This document shows, one piece after another, positions 52,566-64,000 of a DNA stretch of 64,000 nucleotides; positions within the stretch are counted from its first letter, which is position 1, and each line of letters starts with the position of its first letter. The DNA is from Gordius albopunctatus. Lineage: Eukaryota. The notes beneath the pieces are model-generated. The model was not told the origin of the DNA, made no database searches, and saw only the letters and a program-made list of their open reading frames with translations. Location of the stretch: assembly GCA_964276515.1 (NCBI GenBank), contig OZ193909.1, positions 16,492,001-16,556,000 of the forward strand, written 5' to 3'. Made by a program: the position numbers and the translations under genes.

Positions 52566-53216
52566 TTTTTGTAGTTAATTAAAGTTGTTTAATATTGCAA
52601 TCTGATTGCCTAAAGAGGGGGGGGGGAGCTGTTTCAATTTTTTTATTAAATAATACTATTAGATACATCAGTGGCCTACGTAGGACTGCCCAGGGGGGGG
52701 AATTAATTTTGTGTCAAAAAATGAAGATAAAACAAAACTAATTAATTAAAATTATATAAATTTGATATCTCGGATAAGTTTTTGGATAAAAAATCAGTTT
52801 GTGGTAACCAGGACCATTGTTAGAAATAAAGGCGCGGGTATTTTAGGTTAAATTGGTACACTAGTACAAAAAAATTAAAAATTCGAAGATAAAATTATGA
52901 GCCCAGCCCGGTTTTGCAAGGCATGGGCTCAGCCTGGAAAAAATCTGATCCTTTTTAAATGCAATTTTTTTGTCAGTATTAAAGCAATCATTTATATATA
53001 TACTGAATGTTCTATAATAATCTTAAGTCTCAAACGGGTTATTCAACAAGCGATCCGCCGTTTAACTTTCACTAGTAGCACTTGTAGCTGCATAAAACTA
53101 TTTTTGACGTGCAAAACTTTAATCTGCAAATTAAAGTGCGATTTATGAAACTAATTTGTGTGAATAATCTTAGAATTATATTCGAAATTAATAAATATAC
53201 TGCGGATTTGTTAATA

Positions 53217-53469
53217 ATTTGAAGAATTTAATAAATATCCCATTTTAGGAGTGCCGCAATAAACTTAAAAGTACCACTAATTACCGCCATCTATAGGCAA
53301 TTTTAATTAGAGGCTGTTTTTATTTTCGAGTCACATGCTAAAAAGAATAGGGATATATATAGTCAAATTAGTCATTAATTAAAATTGCCTATAGATGGCG
53401 GTAATTAGAGTGTACCTTTAAGTTTATTGCGGCACTCCTAAAATGTGGTATTTATTATCTTCTTCAAAT
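53217..53469. mobile_element. Palindromic MITE with ~90-bp arms
   Basis: ttttaggagtgccgcaataaacttaaa..ctaattaccgccatctataggcaattttaatta and its reverse complement, around a ~65-bp spacer. Confidence 0.8.
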
Positions 53470-54293
53470 CTTAGTGTTAGTTGAATTTCATCTAAAATTA
53501 AATCTCAATTAACTAGTATTCTATAAATATCATTCAGTTTTTCCATAAAATTCAAGAAAAATTTTATTTCTTTGCCCCTTCCCTTTGGTTAAGCGAAATA
53601 CCGTAACACATATTATTATAAATTAAATATATATGATATGTGGGATTGACCATTATATGAAATAGACGGTGGAAAGAGTTTAGTAACGTATCAGGCGCGT
53701 ACCCAAGGGGGCAGAAAGCGGAAATTTTCTGCCCCCTTGACCAAAATTTGAATATTTTTTCAAGGTCCATGTCCTTTTTTAAGGTATAAAAGCGATAGTA
53801 AATGATCTGATTAACGAAGAGGAGAGATTTTTCCAAAGCTGGTTATATAGCGCATTGAAGTTTCGCATATATTGTACGCGAAGTTTACTTTTGTGTCGAA
53901 AATTTTTTGAATTTTTCTTCCTCCTTGAGAAAATCCTGACTACGCGCCTGTGACGTATAGAAAATATAAATTAACCATACATTTGTCAAATAAGATTTTG
54001 AGGGCTCTCCCACCCTACTAACCATTATCTACGCTTATGGCCTAATCTGCAAACCTCAAATTGGAACTCACTCCTACAAGCGCGAGAATAACTAAAGCAA
54101 TAGCACTCTAAAGTAAGATATTTAAAACTTTTATCGATTTATGTTAAAAAGTATATTATGCTTGAAGGAATCTATCAGAATTTTATGTTGCATAATCTTT
54201 CTTTAATACACTATTTTAATTTTTAATGACTTTTACCGCGCGGCAATATAGTTTACTGATTTAAACACTTTTACTAAGATATTCTTATTTATA

Positions 54294-55614
54294 CACAGGT
54301 TTGCAAAAAAAACCAACCGAGAAACGGTCATTCTGATATAGTTATTTGTGGTGAACACAAATATGTTTTTAGTTTTTTCCTATACGTAAGGTTTTTGAAA
54401 TATTTCTATTCAAAGTTGCGAAAATGACCGTTTTTGGCCCTTTTTGACGCTCTATAGGGCGAAATTGGATATCTAAAAATACTCTTATACCTCTAAGTGG
54501 TAGAACCAACTTAGGGTAAAATATTGAAAATTGATTTTTCCCCTATTTTTGTTACTTTTTCATAAATATCCAAAATGCGATTAGTCCCTATGCGAAATCG
54601 CGGCATCCTTTGAGGATCCCTCTCTCTCTATCTAATTGGGTTATATGCTTATATAACACTATACCCTTATTGCATGTGAGTGTTTGATTATGTGTGGTGT
54701 GTGCAAGAGTAGTGGCGTAATACGAGCTCTAACTATAGTAGAGGGCAGAGGTCAGATTTGTTATAATTTTTCTGCCCGAACCCGGCCCGGCTCGATTTTA
54801 TAATTAATCTGCCCGCCCGAGCCCGCCCGAACCCTTCTATGTGTCCGCGCGACAATGCCCGAATTATCCCTGCTGCCCAAACAGCCCGGCACGAAATGGC
54901 GTTTTTTAAAATTTTTAGCACTAATATCGTTATTTAAAAATTTTATCTTAATTTTTGATTTTTTTAAAATAAGAACTAGGATTAACAAACATTATGAAAT
55001 CAATTAAAAAGTGGCAAAATATACAAAAAACAATATAATACATTATTTTAAAAACAAAATTGAGCCCGAATCTTGTTATGGTGCACGCCCGGGCCCGCCA
55101 GAAAGTTAAAATTTACGACAGTTGCCCGGCCTGGCCCGTGGGCCGGGCGGGCAAATCTGGTCTCTGGTAGTGAGAGAGGGTGAGAGGCGTAGTGGTAGTA
55201 GTAATAGCTCGTAATAAGCCACTACTCTTACAGATACCACACATCATTAAGGGTATAGTGTTATATAAGCATATAACCCAATTAGATAGAGAGCGAGGGA
55301 GGCTCAAAGAGTCCCGCGATTTTGATTAGGGACTAATTGAATTTTTGATATATATATGAAAAAGTAATAAAAATATTTGGAAAAATCCTTTTTCAATGTT
55401 TTACCCTAAGCTGGTTCTACCAATTAGAGGTATAAGAGTATTTTTAGATATCCAATTTCGCCCTATAGAGCGTCAAAAAGGGCCAAAAACGGTCATTTTC
55501 GCAACTTTGAATAGAAATATTTCAAAAACCTGACGGATAGGAAAAAACGAAAAACATATTTGTGTTCACCACAAATAACTCTAACAGAATATGTCGACCG
55601 TTTCCCGGTTGATT
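54294..55614. mobile_element. Foldback element with ~420-bp arms and a hAT MITE (54746-55166) in its centre
   Basis: 54314-54730 is the imperfect reverse complement of ~55205-55611. The central CAGAGGTCAGA..TCTGGTCTCTG element has an imperfect TSD gtagaggg/gtagtgag. A related remnant lies at ~35865-35920. Confidence 0.85.
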
Positions 55615-57459
55615 ACACAAGACCATTATTTGTCGACTATGGTTATAAAAATCGGTTCAATATAAACCGTTTTTAATTATCTATATGTCTTTAAATGGTT
55701 CTGCAATTATAGTCAAATATCTATAAATGTTGTATTTCTTTCAAATTTTCACTTATAAATTTTAATTCAAATGGAGAATTTTTGATGTCTCAATCTAGTC
55801 TCGCCTTCCATTTTGAGAATCTCGATTTCGTCTCGGACTATAAAACTATCGGTCTCGTATCGTCTTGATGAGAAATCTCGACATGTCTCAACTTTTAAAA
55901 AAATTCATGTGCACAAATTTTTCTCACATACTCATGTAAATTATTTAAAAAAATTTAAATGGCGAACCATTTTTTATACAAAAATCTTTATAAACATGTC
56001 ATTTGCATATTTGGACTACCTGAGACACTTAATTAGCGTTAGCAAAATCAAGTAATGCCTTTAGATAAATAATTTAAGAAGCTTACGAATTTATCGCATG
56101 TTATTGTTATACCCTTAAAGGTACGAGTGGAAACCTTTACTCATTATTCATACAAAGTTGCACACATTACAACGTTGTAAAAACACCAATAAAAGATGCA
56201 TTGTTACAGGAATAGAAAGATAAAGTTGTAGGTTTCAGTAAATTACACATATAAAATTTTATCATAAATATGTACATTGATGGGCGTAGCCAAGATTAAA
56301 TTTGGGGGGGGGGCAATAATGATTTAGGGAGAGACAAAATTATCATTTTTTGAAATTTTAGGCATAATTATATTAAATTGTAAAGGTTTTTTGGACTTAC
56401 AGTGGGCAGCCGCCTCTCACTGGCTACGCCCATGAGTACATTCAAAATGTAAAAGATTATATTATGATGTAAAAACCCCATATTATGTAACAAAGTATTT
56501 GTTTATTCCATTCATATATTTTAGCTATTTAATGTTTTTTATAAATAAAGCTTATGCTCATATATTTTAATGTGGTGCAAAATTGTGCAGAATCAGTGGA
56601 TTCGAGTTCACCTGCCAACCCTACCTTTAATATGTGAAAGGTAATGTAAATGCCGTAATTAAATGCATTATGTTTTAAGATCTTCGAAGTGTAGAATGAT
56701 CATGAGTTCAAGCATAACACTCCTGGTATGGCAATCAATCGGCGGGCACAGAAGTCAGTAGGATGATCAATAAATCTCCAGCCATTCTAGCCAAATTATT
56801 ATTTATATTAATTAACTGTCGATTCAAAATACCATAGCATCATACAGGATGATGTAATTGGAGGGAAATTTGAGAATGTTTTATTAATATTTACTACTTC
56901 ATCAAAGCTCATTTTAAGTCTTATGTCTATTTTATATATTAATGCCAAGGTTATAAATAGGCAACAAACATACATAAAAATTATCTGCATATACTAAGAA
57001 CCAATCGTATCTTATTCAACAAGCGAAAATAATTAGTCTAAATTTAAATCACATAAAAAAAACAACTAAATTTACCATAATTTAATTTTAGAGCCGAGAT
57101 CTGGCCAAAATCTCGTATCGTCTCGTCTCGAAGTCAAATCTCCTATCGATCTCCGCTATCAAAGTCTGGTCTCGTCTCGGTTTTTCGAGTCAAAACGAGA
57201 TGGAGATTATTTAGAACTTTTCGTATCACTAAGAATCAATAACCTATTAAGTTCGGCTGTTCCTTTATAAGTTTCTGTTACATAAATTTAATCATATATG
57301 TCTTTTGCAATTTACAACGTTAATACGAATACATATAAATATCAAATATTTTATTCAAACAACATATTTGATGGCCCTCAAAATATATGTACACAATAAG
57401 ATTAACTCATACTCCATAATAATCATATGAAAAAAGAAAAGTAGAAAACACAACATAGA

Positions 57460-59400
57460 TTAGGCCCTATTTTCGGCCTTGTGTTTTGGTGGTTTAAAAG
57501 TTTTTAGCATTTTCTTCTTCTTTTTAGCAGACTTAGCTATAGACGGTACGGTAGGAGAAGAAATTGCAGGGATGGGTACGTCCTCAGGGTTGGGTGTTTC
57601 GTTCAAAAAGTCTACCCTCTTTTTAAATTGTAGCCAACTATCTATCCTAACATCTCTCGTTTCCTAAATACATAATAATTCACTTTAGTGAGTTTATATT
57701 ATTGTAAAGTTTATTTTTAAAGGGGTTGCCTTAATAGATGGGCGTAGCCAGGGGGAGGCTAAGAGGGGTGCCTGCTACCCTCTAAAGCCAAAAAAATCTT
57801 TAAAATTTAATAAAATTATGTGTAAATATTTAAAAAATTATCATTTTGCCATTACTTCAAAGTTTTTATTCCATTCTGTTTCATATTGCTTCTTTTCTTC
57901 TTCAGCTAACTCTTGTTCCCTTTGCCGCTTTCTTCAAACATAATAATAGATTCAAATTTGCAAGTTTAAAAATTTATATAGCCTTAGTATTTATTAAATT
58001 TTTCAAAGATATTAACTATGATATTATAGAAGAAACTCCATTTTTGTATGGCAATTAGGTTTTAAATTTAAAAGTTTGCCATTTATTTAGATAATATGCC
58101 TTTTAGATAGATTTAAGCAATTTATTATCACAATTGCATAGCATTCCAACAATCTTGACCATCATATACTTATTAAAGGATTAAAATATTGCAACCTTTC
58201 CTCAGTATCCCGTGCTTCAAGTTGACGCCTTTTTCTTTCAAGATCTGCAAATATTTTTGTGGTGTGAACGTATACAGATTCTTTAAACTAAAATAAAAAT
58301 AGCACATTAAATGTTCTAAATATAAGTTGAAAATTTGTAGGTTATATATATATATTTATAATAATACACTAAGTTACCATTAAATTAAAAAATATGTGCA
58401 AAATTTATACAAATTTCATAAGCACTGATTAAAAGATGATATTTTTAATAATATTATAAACAAATGTTTGATATTACTTTAATTGGGTCTGTTTCTTCAA
58501 TAATCACAGGTTTACCTTCTTTAAGCAATTTTTTCTTTTTTTCTAACATCTAATCAAATAAATGTACATTTTTACATGGGCTATTTATATTTAATATACT
58601 TTATATATCAAATTTAAATATCCTTAAATTTTTTTGAAGTGTTTTAAATTTATTAAATAATTCAAAGATATAGAAAAATGTTTGACATCATAAAATTATT
58701 ACCAATTCTTTGACTTTAACCTTTGCTTGTTCTACAACATCATAACAATTGTCACGTTCAATTTCACTTTCTAAAAGTCTCCAAGCTTTATTAAGGGCTA
58801 GAATGATTGATTAAAATACATTAATACCTTATCAAATACAATATAAAACAAATTAATCCCCAAAAGTGTAACAAAATTTGCAAAATATTAGGATTAAGAA
58901 ATTTTTTATTATATACAATCCCCTTTGATTTTAATAATAGAATTGTCAATAAGTCCTATACCATCAAATGCCTTCTGGGATCTCTCAGCATCATCCCTGT
59001 TTTTATCAGGATGGACCAAAATTGAAAGCTAATAGGATTATAGATTAATATAGATAATAAATCATGGAATAAATAATTATTGAATAACTCAAAGTTATAC
59101 CCTTTTATATTTTTTCTTCATCTCTTCAATAGGTAAATCAGGATCAACATCCAAAACCTAGTCACAAATATTATTGTCAAGATAAGCATAAGTATACCGC
59201 AAAAGGATTAAGATTAAAATATGTTGAACCTGGCCTAAGTAATCTTTCAATTTGGGTTTTGGATGTTAATACAGAATCTTTCTCTTCGATCTCTTTTACC
59301 TATAGAATTATATATATACAAATGGATTTACAATAATCAATTATAGTAATTAAAATTTTCATACCTCTTTATAAAATTCTTCAAAGCTTTGGCTAGCCAT
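57460..59400 (-). CDS. DNAJC8: DnaJ homolog subfamily C member 8 (SPF31), 9 exons
   Basis: Splices to MASQSFEEFYKEVKEIEEKDSVLT..QIERLLRPGSTYFNLNPF.VLDVDP..KKYKRLSILVHPDKN (HPD J-domain)..KIFADLERKR..EWNKNFEETR..RIDSW..FKPPKHKAENR*. Confidence 0.96.
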
Positions 59401-59485
59401 AACTTGATATCAGCTGTTTTAAAAACTTATGTGAATGTACCAAGTCTGACGAATGCATTGTATATATTTAGAAAACTATTTATTA

Positions 59486-59838
59486 AAGTTTGTCTTAAAG
59501 TCGGATTTCGCTGCGCAGCAAAAATCGTCGTATGGATTATAACATAGCCGTGTCTTAACTTCGAATTCACAGCAGATTTAAATTTCAGACACATACTCTA
59601 ACAGCGATTTTGTAAGATACAATATTATTCCCAAGGTTAAATGTTGTATATATGTATAACAAAGTTTAGATTTAAGCTCAAGGGTTAAAATAAATTAAAA
59701 AAAACGTTTCTAACTATCAAAAAACTAAACATTAATAATTACAACCTAGTTTGACCCATAAAATTGAATCTGATATTTAGACAAAGAAAAAGATAAATCC
59801 GCGCGATTTGAATCTGAGGCCGTTATTAAGACAAGCCT
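59486..59838. mobile_element. PIF/Harbinger-like MITE, reverse-orientation copy of 23503-23794
   Basis: Reverse-complement similarity along its length (gctgcgcagcaaaaatcgt, aacttcgaattcacagcag, ttattaagacaag); TTA flanks. Confidence 0.75.
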
Positions 59839-60626
59839 TTAGACGTGGAGATGCGGAGGAAGAGAAAAAAAGGATGACCTTATGTTAGATTGAAAGCACA
59901 GGAAAAACTACAGGAAATAATATTAGATTATTTGATGCTAGGCTCATAACAAGAATTTTATTAAGGGGCAGGGGGTGGGTGAATTGCAAAATAAATTATA
60001 TTATATTCATATAAATTATAAATAAAGATCAAAGACAGGAAAAGTCCAGTAGTAAATTTAGATTATCAAACACTGGGGGCGATCATCTAGAGTATTTTGG
60101 CAAATCAGTCTTTATATGATTTTCCATAGGGTGTTATTTTGTTTTTGTGTATTATTTTGTCATTTTTTTATTTGTTTGTATAAAAGATATTCAATTCTTA
60201 TTCAATAAAGTCAAAAATTAATTACACAAATTTTCGAAAATATAACAAAATTACCATATAAAAGTAAAAAAATTATTATATTGAGCCGGGCATTTCAAAG
60301 AGTGGTGTATCGATCTCGTCTCTTCCCGGTCTCAAAAGCAAAATCCAATGGGTGGTTATGAGAATCCCGATCTAGTCTAGTCTCTGCCTAGAAAAACCTC
60401 GGCCTCGGCTTGACGATAAATCTCGACATGTTTCGACTAATAATATATTATACTAAATAAATTTTTTCTATAGCTTAATGATATATTATGTAAGCAAAAA
60501 ATAAAAAAAATCACATTTAAGTTTTTTGCTTGAAACTCTTTTTAACACAATCTTAATGTGCAACATTTCGCTCGTACACTACTCAATCGGCAGTGTAAAG
60601 ATGAATGCTAATTACTAGAAATAGTC

Positions 60627-60748
60627 TTAATCATTACCTAGGTTTCCTAAAACCAACCAAGTATAACCTTGGTCTTATTCCATTATTCCATGCATCGATA
60701 TGCGAGGCTGCGAGCCTGCTTTGAGCACTCTAATTTTTTCAAAGCAAA
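60627..60748 (-). pseudogene. 18S rRNA fragment (conserved block around V4)
   Basis: ttaatcattacct..aaaaccaac..ggtcttattccattattccatgca..gcctgctttgagcactctaattttttcaaag is the reverse complement of a conserved eukaryotic SSU rRNA segment; isolated and diverged. Confidence 0.8.
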
Positions 60749-61783
60749 AAGTTCCGTGAGCATCAAGGGGAGGATAATTATTAGTTCGGCCTGTCTGAGT
60801 ACAGCAGTTAGGCTGCTCTACTCAGACCTGGGGCAAGCCCTACTGTCCCCTACAGCCTTTATTTATTTATTCTAACTAAATAAACGATAAAATTATATGA
60901 GCGATATAGAGGTGAACAATATTGCGAAGTAATATAGGTGAAATGTAGCGAATATGTGCGGTATAAAGCGTATAATAGGTAAGCATGAGTGTAAACACGG
61001 CGAAAATTTAGGCATTTAGTGGGATGAGTAAAAGGGACTGGTTTTAGGAATGAGCTTTGATAGGGAAAAATTCCAAAAGGCAACCACTCAGGGAGTGAGT
61101 TCCTTAAACACCTGCAAGCGTTTACGTGCAGATAGGGTCAACAGTTATCCGAGTCCAACCAAGCAACAGTTTCTATAAAAAGGGCACATCTTTTTAAAAA
61201 TATCCCCTTAAATTTGTATTAAAGCTATCCTATCTTATATACATCGACACACCAAAGTATAATTTTGTTTATATTAGACTTAGTTACATATTTAAAATAT
61301 GTGCGCCCTTAATAAGCATTGGCAAAAATAAGTAAAGCTTTTAGTTAAATAAATTTTGACAAGCTTTAGCCCTCTGATACAACCATCCTTAATTCCTGTT
61401 AATTTATTAAATATTTATTATTGTCATAGAAATCACAAAAGTATAAATCGATATTTCTTATCATTATTCATAAAATAGGTAATTAGTTGCACCTATTACT
61501 AGGTCTTAAACACACCAATAGTGTATTGTTATTGAAATAGGAACACAGCTTTAAGGGTTTAAATAATACTATATAATTTTATAAGAACTGCTTTTACATT
61601 TATAAAGTTAAAGATTCTATTTTGGATTAAACCCGCATATAAGGCCAATATAATATCTATTATAATTACCTATAAATGGCGCTTATTAGAGTAAACTCTT
61701 AAGTTAGTTGTGGCAATCTTATATTGGGTTTATTATCTCCTTTAAAAGATTAGCAAATCGCAATTTATTAATTAATTTCAAAT

Positions 61784-62035
61784 AAGTCCATATCCATTTT
61801 ATGCTTCCATGTCAGTTTAGGCCTCCCTCTATTTCGCTTACCCTCGAATCGTATCAAGCAAGTGCAAGTCGAAGGTAAGCGAAAGAGAGGGAGGCCTAAA
61901 CTGACATGGAAGCATAAAGTGATATGAACTTGAGTATGTACGAGCTAAAGCGAAGCTGCTTCAAGTGCAGGAATACATGGAGAACCTACTAGAAGGAGCT
62001 GACCACTAAATATGACAAACAGCTATAGGGAAAAA
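61784..62035 (+). mobile_element. RTE family A 3' fragment with an inverted duplication at its 5' end
   Basis: ~61784-61847 is the reverse complement of ~61869-61930; the sense arm continues to the element 3' end (..ctataggg aaaaaa). Confidence 0.8.
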
Positions 62036-62989
62036 ATAATTGTAATCATATAAACTAATAAGTTAGTTTATATGAAAAAAGTTCATTTATCTGTGTAATG
62101 AAGGAATCAAGTTGGGGATAATTATTGTTTACTTATAAATCACCTCAATTGATTTAATATATTACTTCGAAATTTTCCCTTCTGAAAAATCCAGGTTTAT
62201 CATATATATTAGCTCTAACCTTCGGTTATAAAGAATTGATTTCGTCAATACTGTTTCTTATAAAACTTATTTGCAGTCTGCTAGTCAAATACTTTGTTGT
62301 CAAGATTCGTATGCAATTGCTTGCATAATAAGGATATAGAACTGAAATGTTTATCAATATAGAAAAGGGAAATCATGTATTTAGATTGCTGAATAGAACC
62401 ACCACTAAAAAATTGTGACTTAAAAGAATTAAGGGCCAAATAATTTTTGAAGAAAATGCTAAATTGTTTTCTTATGTTAAATGAACAAGTGCAGCAGAAA
62501 AAAATAATGGGCTCCTTCTTTCCGAAAATAACGTTTTTTCAAGATACATAACAAGTGGAGGATGTTGCTTGACAATTTCATCTCTCGGTATTACCTTGCA
62601 ATAATCCTCCACAAAGCCTATCGCCGTATAAACAGTCTAAAATGCTTTTAACTTCAATAAGTCACGGCAGTGGCGTAGGCAGGGACCCCCCTTACTCCCT
62701 TGACACCATCTTTTTCTCCCAAATTGAGAAAACTCATGATATTTACTCGTAAAAGTCAAACTATTATTAATAAACGTCCACGTGTTTACCATGCTTATTA
62801 AACTGACTTTAGAATCTATGTATTTACAAATTTAAAGTGTTTATACTATGAGAGAAAAGGGTATTCATTAAATAATTAGCACTCAAAAAGTAAATATGCC
62901 ATAGAATTCTTGAAGGCGCGCCAAAAATCTCGGCTATATAAAGGGATAATTAATAATAACTTGTTTTCTTGAACATTATTTTTCTTAAA

Positions 62990-63420
62990 CTAAAGTCACA
63001 TGACCTCACTTGCTACTGTCCTGATGTTTTTAGTTTTGTCAGCGTCCTTGTTCCCTTCTTTTGTCACCATGTTATATGTTTATGTTGTCCTAATTCTCCA
63101 TGTCTTTTACCAACATCTATGGTAATTCATAAACCTTGTTTCTTCTGCCTTACGGAATACGGACTCTATTCTACTTATCCCTTTTACTGATCTTTTCTCT
63201 TCCTGGTTGTTAAACACATACACAACAAACATGTCTGAACATCGTTTTAATCTTCACCAACTTGTCGATTTGCGCTTAGCACAAACTTTTACCACTTGGT
63301 GATCCCCTGTAGAATAGCTTGTATTCCTTCCCCAACACTCATTCCACCTCTTCTTTGCAAAATTTGTTTTATCTCAATGCCCTAGCTTAGTTTATATTTC
63401 GCATTGGACGTAAAAAAGAG
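62990..63420 (-). mobile_element. Highly decayed LINE endonuclease-region fragment
   Basis: Minus strand VGKEYKLFYRG resembles the RTE APE segment seen at ~51860 (IGEGYKLYLNG); little else is readable. Confidence 0.3.
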
Positions 63421-64000
63421 TGTGCGTGTTGTAAAGGACGCTGAAACTATAACTACCTTGGAGTGAGTTTCTACAGTCGGCTCCCTATTTGACGTCAATC
63501 TTCCACATAATGCATATAGAATTAGACCTTTAGATAGTGTTCATTTCTTTTTAAATTTAAAATAGAAAAGAGAGTTATAAAATGTTCCAAGCAAAACATT
63601 TATATAGGCACTTACAGGACAATTGTTTTAATAAAATATACAATGCAATAAAACTTTTTATACTGAATGTGAGACCTCAATAAAGTTTTTTATATGGTTT
63701 CAGTAGCTTTAAATATCATGATCTTAAAATATATATCCCGAACAGACGTAATCTTAAATCAATTTAAAGCCTGCTCACAAATTTTATCGAGGTTTTATGC
63801 TGAGCTCAATTCTACCCGGGGAGTCACCAGGGCGTCAGGCCGTCCACGCTTTAATATTATAGGTGATCAAAATTTTATAATATAATTCCTGAAAAATCAT
63901 CGCAGGTTTCCAATTCACTTCCACCCTATAGTAAATGCCTTCGGTCCTTCTACCACTAATAAGAATCTATCATGCTCCAGTAATACTATTGATGCCCAGC

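Noticed and set aside
17576..59400. Functional neural gene cluster (PICK1, bestrophin, Tdc)
   Set aside because: Mixed orientations and no shared regulatory evidence in the sequence; adjacency alone is not evidence of a system
60627..60748. Functional rRNA locus
   Set aside because: Only ~120 bp, diverged, with no flanking 18S/ITS/28S

Overview
AT-rich, intron-rich genomic DNA from an invertebrate animal; the species cannot be fixed from the sequence. Five host genes can be read: PICK1 (+, 12 exons), a bestrophin (-, convergent with PICK1), a single-exon type II membrane ORF resembling only the N-terminus of FAM234-family proteins (+), a tyrosine-decarboxylase-like group II PLP decarboxylase (+, 14 exons) and DNAJC8 (-). 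The rest is mostly transposon-derived. Highlights are a nested stack (Helitron > hAT > MULE-like > DINE-1/HINE-like) at 5.4-11.3 kb and a 4.1-kb apparently perfect (GTAT)n array that looks like the 3' tail of a truncated retroelement inserted into an RTE fragment. There is also a degenerate RTE LINE with a tRNA-like 5' head and 13-bp TSD, a CRE-type endonuclease fragment inside a tandem pair of unidentified decayed coding units, many MITEs, and an 18S rRNA fragment. All family assignments come from manual motif recognition, not database searches; exon and element boundaries were read by eye.
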